DNA of 64,000 bases from an uncultured beta proteobacterium (GTDB lineage Bacteria; Pseudomonadota; Gammaproteobacteria; Burkholderiales; SG8-39), in NCBI GenBank assembly GCA_903859155.1, contig CAIOLO010000116.1:124-64123 (forward strand). Direction: 5' to 3'. The notes beneath the pieces were generated by a model. The model was not told the DNA's origin. It ran no database searches and saw only the letters and a program-made list of their open reading frames with translations. Positions 10,068-19,122 of the stretch are shown here, piece by piece. The position numbers and the translations under genes were made by a program. The first letter of the stretch is position 1. Every line of letters begins with the position of its first letter.

Positions 10068-10290
10068 GTCCGCAAACCGCCGCAAAGCCGCAAAACGGCA
10101 CAGAACGAATTCCTGATTGTCGGCCACTTCCCCGTTTCGAGAACATATGACAATGCCAAGTTTTGAAGTCGGGGGAAAGATCCGGTGACAGGTGTTTCGC
10201 AGGACAGACACCCCCACGTACGGGTAATATCCCGCCGAATCGGGAAAGCATACCGATTCCATTTTTCGAAAATCCTTACGGAGGCAAGAC

Positions 10291-11112
10291 ATGAAGGCAG
10301 CGAATTTTTCGCGTCGTTCGGTACTTACGCTGGGACTGGCGGCCCTGGCCGCAGGGGTGTTCGCGCAGCAGCCCAAATTCGAACCCAGCGTGGGCCAGCC
10401 GGGGAAGGATGTGGTCTGGGTGCCGACTTCGCAGGTGGTGGTCGACACCATGCTGAACCTGGCCAAAGTCACCGCGCAGGACGTTGTCTATGACCTGGGC
10501 TCCGGAGATGGCCGAACGGTGATCACCGCCGCCAAGCGCGGTGCCCGTGCCAAGGGCATCGAATTCAACCCCGACATGGTGGAATTGTCCAAGCAGAACG
10601 CCGTCAAGGAAGGCGTCACCGCGCGCGCCACCTTCGTCAAGGCAGACCTGTTCGAGACCGATTTCTCCGAGGCGACCGTGATTACCATGTTTTTGTTGCC
10701 CAGCATCAATCTCAAACTGCGGCCGAAGATTCTCGACATGAAACCGGGCACGCGCGTTGCATCCAACTCCTTCACCATGGGTGAGTGGCAGGACGATGAA
10801 ACCGCTACCATGGACGCCAAGGATGGCTGCACCTACTGGTGCGTGGCGCATTTCTGGATCGTTCCGGCCAAGGTGCAGGGCAACTGGCACGTAGGCCAGG
10901 GCGAACTGGCCCTGAAGCAGGAGTTCCAGATGGTTTCCGGGACGCTGACCGCCGACGGTAAATCGGTGCCGGTTGCGGGCCGCCTGCGCGGTGAACAGAT
11001 CACCTTCACCGCCGGTGGCGCGGAATACACCGGCAAGGTCAACGGCAATTCCATGGACGGCACGCGCAAGGTCGGCAACAGCTCGGCTGCTTTCAGCGCC
11101 GCCCGCCGTTAG
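10291..11112 (+). CDS. Class I SAM-dependent methyltransferase with N-terminal signal peptide
   Basis: VWVPT, then motif I DLGSGDGR and GIE; N-terminus SRRSVL followed by a hydrophobic stretch and VFA. Confidence 0.85.
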   Translation: MKAANFSRRSVLTLGLAALAAGVFAQQPKFEPSVGQPGKDVVWVPTSQVVVDTMLNLAKVTAQDVVYDLGSGDGRTVITAAKRGARAKGIEFNPDMVELSKQNAVKEGVTARATFVKADLFETDFSEATVITMFLLPSINLKLRPKILDMKPGTRVASNSFTMGEWQDDETATMDAKDGCTYWCVAHFWIVPAKVQGNWHVGQGELALKQEFQMVSGTLTADGKSVPVAGRLRGEQITFTAGGAEYTGKVNGNSMDGTRKVGNSSAAFSAARR

Positions 11113-11226
11113 AACTGTCCTGGCGCGGGGCGTGTGTGGTGGCGCTCCCAGCCAGGTTTTCATTGACCGGGGAATCGCCGCTTCGCGGCGATTTTCATTT
11201 TCGTCCCTCGTCAGAACCGGAAAACC

Positions 11227-12396
11227 GTGACGCAAACAAGACTCAGCGCCCAGCTTGACGAGCTCGCACGGCGGGATCTCATCCGTTCGCGCCGCATTCT
11301 CGAGGGTCCGCAGGGCCCGCGCGTCGCCATCGGCGGGCGCGATTACCTCGCCTTCTGCAGCAATGACTATCTGGGCCTGGCCAACCACCCGCGCATCAAC
11401 GCGGCGGCCATCGCGGCGGTGCAGCGTTTCGGTGTCGGCGCGGGCGCCTCGCCCATGGTGACCGGGCACAATGCCCTGCACCAGCGCCTGGAGGAAAAAC
11501 TGGCCGCGTTCGCGGGCCTGCCGCGTGCTTTGCTGTTTCCGAGCGGCTACCAGGCCAATATCGGCGCGGTGACTGCGCTGGTCGGGCGCAGCGACGCGGT
11601 ATTTTCCGACAAACTCAATCACGCCTCGCTCATCGACGGCGCGCGCCTGTCGCGCGCCGAGGTGACCCGCTACGCGCATGGCAGCGTGGCGTCGCTGGCG
11701 CGCGCGCTCGCCGCCAGCGACGCCAAGGTCAAACTGGTTGCCACCGACAGTGTTTTCAGCATGGACGGCGACATAGCGCCGCTGCCTGAAATACTCGCGT
11801 TGTGCGAGCGTCACGATGCCTGGCTGCTGGTGGACGATGCGCACGGGTTGGGCGTGCTCGGCGCCGGCGGGCGCGGCGCGCTCGAGCACTTCGGCCTTGC
11901 CTCGCCGCGCATTGTCTATGTCGGCACACTGGGCAAGGCGGCCGGAGTGGCCGGCGCATTCGTCGCCGGCGCGGAAGAAATCGTCGAAACCGTACTGCAG
12001 CGCGCCCGCACCTATATTTTTTCCACCGCGGCGCCGGCAATGCTGGCGGCGGCGGTCGAAGAGAGCCTGGATGTCATGCGCGAGGAAGCATGGCGACGGG
12101 CGCATCTTGCCGAGTTGATCGCGGCGCTCAAAGACGGCCTCGCCGGCAGCGCGGCGCGCCTGGCGCCCTCCTCGACGCCGGTGCAGCCGCTGATCGTCGG
12201 GGCCAACGCCGCGGCGCTGGCGCTGGCGGAATTCCTGCGCGAGCGCGGCATCCTGGTGCCGGCGATTCGCCCGCCGACAGTCCCCGAGGGCACCGCGCGC
12301 CTGCGCATTTCGCTATCGGCGGCCCACAGCATCGATGACGTGCGGCAACTGGTGCAGGCGCTTCGCGCCATGCCCTCGCTGCCGCAGGGCGCTTAG
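11227..12396 (+). CDS. bioF: 8-amino-7-oxononanoate synthase
   Basis: FCSNDYLGLA, DKLNHASLIDG, SMDGD, DDAHG, GTLGKA. Confidence 0.95.
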   Translation: MTQTRLSAQLDELARRDLIRSRRILEGPQGPRVAIGGRDYLAFCSNDYLGLANHPRINAAAIAAVQRFGVGAGASPMVTGHNALHQRLEEKLAAFAGLPRALLFPSGYQANIGAVTALVGRSDAVFSDKLNHASLIDGARLSRAEVTRYAHGSVASLARALAASDAKVKLVATDSVFSMDGDIAPLPEILALCERHDAWLLVDDAHGLGVLGAGGRGALEHFGLASPRIVYVGTLGKAAGVAGAFVAGAEEIVETVLQRARTYIFSTAAPAMLAAAVEESLDVMREEAWRRAHLAELIAALKDGLAGSAARLAPSSTPVQPLIVGANAAALALAEFLRERGILVPAIRPPTVPEGTARLRISLSAAHSIDDVRQLVQALRAMPSLPQGA

Positions 12397-12409
12397 AGCA
12401 CTTCAGGCC

Positions 12410-13087
12410 ATGGCCCGGGGATTCTTTGTTACCGGCACCGACACCGGGGTGGGCAAGACCCTGGCGGCCTGCGCTCTGCTGCAGGCTTTTTCGTTGCGGG
12501 GATATTCGGTAATCGGCATGAAACCGGTGGCTGCCGGCAGCGACGATGGCAGACATGGCGACGTGGATGCGCTGGTCGCGGCAAGTACCGTGAAAGCCGC
12601 TGCCGACCTGGTCAATCCCTACGCTTTCGATCCGCCGATTGCCCCGCATATTGCCGCGCTGCAAGCGGGCGTCGACATCAGCCTGGCGCGCATCGCCACG
12701 GCGTATCGTCAGCTTGCCGCCTGCGCCGATGTGGTGGTGGTGGAGGGCGCCGGAGGATTCATGATCCCGCTCAACGCCGCGCAAACCGGTGCCGACCTGG
12801 CACGGCAGCTGGCACTGCCGGTGGTGCTGGTGGTGGGCATGCGCCTCGGGTGCCTGAGTCACGCGCTGCTCACGCGCCACGCCATCGCCGAGCAGGGTCT
12901 GGTTTGTGCGGGCTGGGTGGCCAACTGCCTGCAGCCGGCCATGCCGGTGCTCGAGGAGAACATCCGGACCTTGTCAGAGCGCCTCGAGGCGCCGCTGCTG
13001 GGCCGCATTCCGCATTACGACCGGCCCGCGGCGGTGACGGCGGCCGCCTGCCTGAATTTCGAGGCAATTGCCGGGAGCGCGCGATGA
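12410..13087 (+). CDS. bioD: Dethiobiotin synthase
   Basis: FVTGTDTGVGKT, MKPVAAG, VEGAGG, LGCLSH. Confidence 0.95.
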   Translation: MARGFFVTGTDTGVGKTLAACALLQAFSLRGYSVIGMKPVAAGSDDGRHGDVDALVAASTVKAAADLVNPYAFDPPIAPHIAALQAGVDISLARIATAYRQLAACADVVVVEGAGGFMIPLNAAQTGADLARQLALPVVLVVGMRLGCLSHALLTRHAIAEQGLVCAGWVANCLQPAMPVLEENIRTLSERLEAPLLGRIPHYDRPAAVTAAACLNFEAIAGSAR

Positions 13088-14388
13088 ACAATCGCGAGAT
13101 GCTGGAACGCAGCCTGCGCGCGGTGTGGCATCCATGCACGCAGATGAAACACCACGAGCTGTTGCCGCTGGTGCCGGTGGCGCGGGCCGAAGGGGCCTGG
13201 CTCATCGACTTTGAAGGCAACCGCATCCTCGACGCCATCAGCTCCTGGTGGGTGAACCTTCTGGGCCACGGCAATCCGCGCATCAACGCGGCGATTGTGC
13301 GTCAGCTGCAGACACTCGAACACGTCATGCTTGCCGGCTTCACGCACGAGCCGGTGGTGCGCCTCTCGGAACGCCTGGCCGCTCTCGCCCCGGGAAGACT
13401 GGGCCACTGTTTCTACGGTTCGGACGGCGCTTCGGCCATCGAGATCGCCCTGAAGATGAGTTTTCACGCCTGGCGCAACGCGGGTCGCGAGGCGAAAACC
13501 GGCTTCATCGCACTGGAGAACAGCTATCACGGCGAAACCCTGGGAGCGCTTTCGGTGACCGATGTGCCGCTGTTTCGCGACACCTATGCGCCGCTGCTGC
13601 GCAACTGCGCGCGCGTCCCCTCCCCTGATGCGCGCCTTGCCGAGCCCGGCGAGTCGGCGCGGGATTTTGCATTGCGCTGCGCGCGCGCGCTCGAGTCGCA
13701 CCTCGAAGCACACGCGCACCAGACCGCCGCACTGATTGTCGAACCCCTGGTGCAATGTGCCGGCGGCATGGCAATGCACGACGCGGAGTACCTGCGCCGC
13801 GCGCGTGAACTGTGCAGCCGCTTCGAGGTGCACCTCATTGCCGATGAGATTGCCGTGGGCTTCGGGCGCACCGGCACGCTGTTTGCCTGCGAGCAGGCCG
13901 GCATTGCGCCGGACTTCCTCTGCCTGTCCAAAGGCCTCTCGGGCGGTTACCTGCCCTTGTCGGTGGTGATGACCAGCGACAGCGTCTATGCGGCCTTCTA
14001 CGACGACAGCCTGGCGCGCGGCTTCCTGCATTCGCATTCCTATACCGGCAATGCGCTTGCCTGCAGCGCGGCGCTCGCGGTGCTCGACATCCTGGAAGAA
14101 GACCGCGTGATCGAGCGCAACCGCGCCACCGCGGCGCAGATCAACAAGGCCACGGCGCCATTGCGAGATCATCCGCAGGTCCGGAATTTCCGCAACCAGG
14201 GAATGATCTGGGCATTCGATGCCGCCGATGCGTCGCCGCAATTCGCCCGCGACTTTTTCAACCGGGCCGTCGCCTCCGGCGTGCTGTTGCGGCCGCTGGG
14301 GAACACGGTGTACTGGATGCCGCCTTACGTCCTTGCCGATGCGGAAATCGAATTTCTGGCGCGCTCGCTGGAACAGTTGATGCAATGA
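13084..14388 (+). CDS. bioA: Adenosylmethionine-8-amino-7-oxononanoate aminotransferase
   Basis: WHPCTQM, DAISSWW, YHGET, DEIAVGFGRTG, SKGLSGGY; ATGA overlap with bioD. Confidence 0.95.
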   Translation: MNNREMLERSLRAVWHPCTQMKHHELLPLVPVARAEGAWLIDFEGNRILDAISSWWVNLLGHGNPRINAAIVRQLQTLEHVMLAGFTHEPVVRLSERLAALAPGRLGHCFYGSDGASAIEIALKMSFHAWRNAGREAKTGFIALENSYHGETLGALSVTDVPLFRDTYAPLLRNCARVPSPDARLAEPGESARDFALRCARALESHLEAHAHQTAALIVEPLVQCAGGMAMHDAEYLRRARELCSRFEVHLIADEIAVGFGRTGTLFACEQAGIAPDFLCLSKGLSGGYLPLSVVMTSDSVYAAFYDDSLARGFLHSHSYTGNALACSAALAVLDILEEDRVIERNRATAAQINKATAPLRDHPQVRNFRNQGMIWAFDAADASPQFARDFFNRAVASGVLLRPLGNTVYWMPPYVLADAEIEFLARSLEQLMQ

Positions 14389-14479
14389 TGATGGCGCGCA
14401 GCGAAGATTCTCCGGATTGCCTACTATGGCGGTCGCGTCACCACGGTGACGGCGACCCTTGTTTTTTCGGAGCAGGCAC

Positions 14480-14857
14480 ATGACCACCTTCAGACTCGAG
14501 CACTTGCACGTCAAGACCAGCGATCCGGCTAAGACCGCGCGCTTCTACATGGAAACCCTGGGCGCGACGCTGATCGAGGCAAGCCACAACGACACTCGTT
14601 TTCGCGTCAACCTGCACGGGCTGACGCTCAATATCACCGACCATGTCGAGTACCAGAAGCGCCAGCAGAAATACGGCCTCGAACATCTGGCGGTGGAAAC
14701 CGACGACATGGACGGCACGCTGGCAAAATTGAAAAGCCAGGGAGCGATCGTGCTCGAGCAGATGATTTCGCCGATCCCGGCGCACCGCGGCGGGCGGATC
14801 TGTTTCCTGGAGGGGCCCGAGGGAATCCAGCTCGAATTGATCGAAATCATGCCTTGA
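14480..14857 (+). CDS. VOC/glyoxalase family protein
   Basis: EHLHVKTSD, LEHLAVETDD, FLEGPEGIQLELIE. Confidence 0.85.
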   Translation: MTTFRLEHLHVKTSDPAKTARFYMETLGATLIEASHNDTRFRVNLHGLTLNITDHVEYQKRQQKYGLEHLAVETDDMDGTLAKLKSQGAIVLEQMISPIPAHRGGRICFLEGPEGIQLELIEIMP

Positions 14858-14980
14858 AGGACAGAAAGCCGGGAAGCGCCGTTTCCGACTCGATGAAAAT
14901 ATTTCCCGACGGTCATGCGGGTGAGCCCCGGGTAAATGATTTTGTGCCTGAGGTTTCTTCGGCGGTTCCCAAGGGGCGAT

Positions 14981-16588
14981 TCAGGAACTGCAGGAGAGCA
15001 TCGAACACCCGGCTTTTTTCCTCGCCCACTCAGGACGCTTTGCCGCGTAGCGTTCGCGGCCGGGCTGCTCGTCGTAGGGCCGGCGCATGACATCGAGCAG
15101 TTCGTGGATCGGCGCGTCGTCGCCTTGGTGCGCGGCATCGATGGCCTGTTGCGCGAGGTAGTTGCGCAGCACGAATTTTGGATTGACGGCATTCATGCGT
15201 TCGCGCCGAACCGCTGCGGGCTCCTGATCTTCGCGCACCCGCGCTGCGTATTGCGCGAGCCAGCCGGTGAGCGCGGTTTCGTTCCGGTCGCGCAGGTCTT
15301 CGCGGTAAAAACATTCCTGCAGCAGGTCCGCCGAGGGATGGCCGAGGGGCATGTCGGCAAGCGCGCGATAAAAAATCGTCATGTCCATTTCGGCCTCGCG
15401 CATCAGGCGCATGGCCTGTGCGACCAGCGCTTCGTCTTGTTCACGCCAGGATTTGAGCCCGAACTTCGCCGCCGTCATGGCCTGCTGGCTTTCGGTGTAG
15501 ACCGCGACATAACGCTCCAGCGCGGCTTCGAGCGGCGCAGGCGAGGGGAAGAGGTCCAGCAGCGCGCTGCCCAGCCGCGCCAGATTCCACTGCGCGATAT
15601 GCGGCTGCTGGCCGAAGCGGTAACGGCGCTGGCCGGCATCGGTGGTGTTGGGGGTCCAGTCCGGATCGAAGTTGTCGATCCAGCCGTAGGGGCCGTAGTC
15701 GATGGTCAGGCCGAGGATGGACATATTGTCGGTGTTCATCACCCCGTGCACGAAGCCCACGCGCATCCAGTGGGCGACCATTCTGGCGGTGCGCTCGCAC
15801 ACCTCCTCGAACCAGCGGCGGCGGCGCTCGGCCGGGTCACCCGCGAGGTGGGGGAAATCGCGCGCGATGGTAAAGTCCACCAGCCGCTCAAGCAGCGTGT
15901 TGTCCTCGCGCGAGGCGAAGATCTCGAAATTGCCGAAACGGATGAAGGAGGGCGACACGCGGCACACCACCGCACCGGGTTCGTCGGCCGGATTGCCGTC
16001 GTAGAACATGTCGCGCAGCACCGCTTCGCCGGTGCCCACCAGGCACAGTGCGCGTGTGCTCGGTACGCCCAGATGGTGCATGGCCTCGCTGCACAGAAAT
16101 TCGCGGATGGAAGAGCGCAGCACCGCGCGGCCGTCGGCCGAGCGCGAGTAAGGCGTGAGGCCGGCGCCCTTGAGTTGCAGTTCCCAGCGCTCGCCCGCTG
16201 CGTTCACGGTTTCGCCGAGGGTGATGGCGCGTCCGTCGCCCAGTTGCCCCGCCCAGTTGCCGAACTGGTGGCCGCCATAGCACGCGGCGTAGGGCTGCAT
16301 GTCAGGGTGCAGGCTGTTGCCGCCGAAAATCTTGGCGAACTCCGGCGAGGCAATGTCAACCTCCGCAATGCCCAGCAAGGTGGCGACTTCCCTGGCGTGC
16401 GCGATGAGCCGCGGCGCGGCCACCGGAGTGGGCAGCACGCGCGACCAGCAGGCATTGCGTACCTGGCGCGGCTGCACGGTGTCCAGGGGATCGCCGGGCA
16501 GTTCCGCGACAAAGCGGTTGTCAAAGCGCAGGCCGCGCAGCACCCCGGGAGGGGCGCGATCCATGCCTGCGGGGGGTGTATTTTTCAT
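14981..16588 (-). CDS. selO: Protein adenylyltransferase SelO/YdiU (Cys form)
   Basis: [42 protein letters not shown]; C-terminus CSMLSCSS. Confidence 0.95.
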   Translation of the reverse strand: MKNTPPAGMDRAPPGVLRGLRFDNRFVAELPGDPLDTVQPRQVRNACWSRVLPTPVAAPRLIAHAREVATLLGIAEVDIASPEFAKIFGGNSLHPDMQPYAACYGGHQFGNWAGQLGDGRAITLGETVNAAGERWELQLKGAGLTPYSRSADGRAVLRSSIREFLCSEAMHHLGVPSTRALCLVGTGEAVLRDMFYDGNPADEPGAVVCRVSPSFIRFGNFEIFASREDNTLLERLVDFTIARDFPHLAGDPAERRRRWFEEVCERTARMVAHWMRVGFVHGVMNTDNMSILGLTIDYGPYGWIDNFDPDWTPNTTDAGQRRYRFGQQPHIAQWNLARLGSALLDLFPSPAPLEAALERYVAVYTESQQAMTAAKFGLKSWREQDEALVAQAMRLMREAEMDMTIFYRALADMPLGHPSADLLQECFYREDLRDRNETALTGWLAQYAARVREDQEPAAVRRERMNAVNPKFVLRNYLAQQAIDAAHQGDDAPIHELLDVMRRPYDEQPGRERYAAKRPEWARKKAGCSMLSCSS

Positions 16589-16669
16589 CGCGCAATTATG
16601 TCACGCGAGTACGTCCTGCCGTCCTCGGCGTACCAGGCAATGACCACCTGCACGGCACGGTCATTTTCT

Positions 16670-18403
16670 TCAGCCGGGCCTTCTCTCCAGTTCTTCCGTC
16701 CAGTTTCCGGGAAGCCTGATCGCTTTGGAGACGCGCAATCCCTGATGTCCGAACTGCGCGGCGATGAAGCTGCGGTTGCGGTCGGGCGAACCGGTGACCA
16801 CGATGTTGATTTCCCCGGGCCTGCGCACCACCGGCACGCGGCGATCGGGATCGTCACCTTGCGCAAACACCGCGGGCAGCCGGCCCAGGCGCACCGACTC
16901 GTGCAGGTTGAGTCCGAGTTGATGGCGATTGAGGTTGGCATCGGCGTCGCGCGCCGACACCGTGGCGTGTTCGAACAGGTAGCGCCTGACATCGTCCTTG
17001 CTGAAACCGTCACGCGCGATGATGCCCGCTATCAATGGCGTCAGGCCGATCACCGGCGTGACTTCGCCGCCGAAATGCTCCATGGGCACGAACATCTGCC
17101 CGCCCAGTTCGCGGCCGAATTCGTGTGCGATGACGCGCAGGTGTGCTTCGCCGTCGCCCTCGGAGAGGAAGCTGTGGCTGATGCTGTCGGCCGATTGCAC
17201 CGTGACGACGTTCTCGCCGGGGGCGAAGCCGCGATCGACGGAAAAGGGCTGCCACGGGCTGGCATCCTCGGCTTCGGCCACAACGGGATAGTAGTTGCGG
17301 CCGAAGGTGGCCATGTCGGTCTCACCCAAGCGGTAGCCGGCGATATTCACCAGCGCCAGGCGCAGGAAGCGGCTGACGGTGATATTGGCCTGGGTCTGCG
17401 GGCGCAGCACGCCCTGGCCCGAGTTGAAGCCCAGTTGCTTGGCGATCGGACCGTTGAGAATGATCAGGGGCGTCCAGCCCACGGTGCTGCCCACCTGCTG
17501 CACGCCGAAGCGCTCATCGGTAATCGCTTCGATGAGCGCAATCAGCACCGGCAGGTATTCGGGCCGGCAGCCGGCCATCACGCCGTTGACGGCGATTTTC
17601 CATATGGTGGCGGCGAGCCGGCGCGGCGCGAGGATGCCGATGACTTCGTCGCGGCGGCGGTCGGTGAGGCGCAGCATTGCTTCGACCTTGGCCACGGTGG
17701 GCGGAACGATGGGCAGCCCGTCGCCCCACACATTGGCGCGGAAATGTTCGTTCACTTCGTCGAGGTCGCCCTTGAGCACGATGCTCTCGGGCCGGCCGCT
17801 GGCCGAGCGTCCGGACTCCACCACCGCGCCTTGCGGTGCGCTGGTGAGTGCCGCGATCACCTCCTCGAGTATGCGTCCGGCGTATTCGTGGAGTTCATCG
17901 GGATTGAGCACCGCGATATTGGGCGGCGGACCCTCGACCATGCGGATGTGCGCAAGGCCCTCGGCGCGCGCCACCAGCCGCGTGGAAGTGGCGAAGCCCT
18001 TGCAGACGAAACCCACCGCGGGAATCCCGGCGATCTCCGTCCATGCCGTGGCCCGCGCAACTGCGGGCGCGCAGGTTCCTCAACCCCCGGCGGTGACAAT
18101 CGCCGCGTCGATGCCCTGTTCGCGCGCATATTCCGGCAGCGACAGATCGGGATAGTCGCCCCATTTGGCGTTGCGCCCCGGCATCAGCTTCACGCATTCG
18201 AGGCCCGGATAACGCTTGGCGATCCAGTCGGCGAGCGCCTCGAGCAGGATGTCGCCGTTGGTGAACACCGTCCAGATCAGGCCGATCTTCTTGCCTTGGA
18301 GGCGGGCAAGCGGCGGCGCGGAAGGAATCTTCTCCTTGCCCTGGCGCGTGGTGGTTTGCGCTTCGCCCAGGGGGCTGACGACTTCGTACAGGGGTTCGGT
18401 CAT
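16670..18403 (-). CDS. UGSC-family selenoprotein (577 aa, Sec108 in U-G-T-C) fused to a 'DGLPIVPPT' domain
   Basis: ORFs 18080-18403 and 16670-18016 share a frame. Reading TGA 18082-18080 as Sec gives VTAGG-U-GTCAPAVARATAWTEIAGIPAVGFV with no other stop; a hairpin follows the TGA. Confidence 0.85.
18041..18079 (-). promoter_or_regulatory. Putative bacterial SECIS element
   Basis: After UGA: 11 nt, stem GCCCGC/GCGGGC with loop AGUUGC, and lower stem CCUGC/GCAUGG. Confidence 0.75.
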
Positions 18404-18597
18404 GATTTGTCCTCAATCGATGCCGGGTCTTTTAGCACGCTGAGAAGGACCCCGCAATGTCGACGATCGCGCTTGTCGATCGCGCTTGTCGACCGCCCGG
18501 TTATGCCGAAGCCCTTGCAATCTCTGTACCATCGCTCCGTCATTCCGCTCATTGATCCCCACTGACGCCGGAATCCATCGAATTCGGACCGCAAGCG

Positions 18598-18954
18598 ATG
18601 CTGCTGCTATTCCTACTGATTGGTCTGCTCGCACTTGGCCTGCCGCTGATGCTGTTCGGCGACCCGCCGGCACCGCCGCCCCCGCCGGTAATTTCCAAGC
18701 CGGCGATAGTGCAGCCTGTGGCGGTGCCGCCGCCGATGGAAGCCCCGCGAGCTGGGGTCGAGGAAGAAACGCCACTCGACACTGCCGCGGCGCCAGCTGC
18801 GGAAGCCAAGGCAGCGCCCGCCACCACTGCGCCGGCAACAGCAGGTAATGTCGCCGTTTCCGGATTGCCGGAGGGTGCCAAGCTGCCGAACGATGCCGAA
18901 CTCCTCAAGGAACTGCAGCGACTGCTGGACGAACAGGCCAAGGTTGGCAAGTAG
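18598..18954 (+). CDS. Pro/Ala-rich protein with N-terminal membrane anchor
   Basis: Hydrophobic N-terminus, low-complexity linker, helical C-terminus. Confidence 0.55.
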   Translation: MLLLFLLIGLLALGLPLMLFGDPPAPPPPPVISKPAIVQPVAVPPPMEAPRAGVEEETPLDTAAAPAAEAKAAPATTAPATAGNVAVSGLPEGAKLPNDAELLKELQRLLDEQAKVGK

Positions 18955-19097
18955 AAAATTTTACCGGCAAAGGGAGCGTGGAGCTGGAAGCGCCAGAGCA
19001 AAGGGTGCGCGATGAAATCTATTGGCGGCTGGGGTTTCAGGAGGATTTGAAAGTTGCGCCAACCGGCGTGGTACGCAATATTTTGCATATTCGCCAT

Positions 19098-19122
19098 AAC
19101 ATGGCTAATATTTAGCCATGTT
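19098..19122. promoter_or_regulatory. Perfect palindrome overlapping the ATPase start codon (putative operator)
   Basis: AACATGGCTAA-TAT-TTAGCCATGTT (11-bp arms); the ATG at 19118 lies in the right arm. Confidence 0.6.

Noticed and set aside
10068-10290. CCGCAAA x3 and small hairpins upstream of the methyltransferase as a riboswitch
   Set aside because: No SAM/SAH riboswitch consensus, and the stems are short enough to arise by chance
10291-11112. Methyltransferase upstream of bioF as BioC
   Set aside because: It has a signal peptide and lacks BioC features; bioB, bioC and bioH are not in this window
14981-14992. Sec recoding at the selO stop
   Set aside because: The C-terminal redox position is already Cys (TGC), and TGA follows the normal CSS end
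18432-18458. CIRCE-like half site TTAGCACGC
   Set aside because: There is no matching right arm, and no CIRCE was seen upstream of hrcA, grpE or dnaK, which have sigma32-type promoters
14936-18565. 1209-aa plus-strand ORF and other long antisense ORFs (e.g. 1194-3131, 10276-12105, 43565-46204)
   Set aside because: Shadow frames opposite well-supported genes in high-GC DNA, with no recognisable motifs
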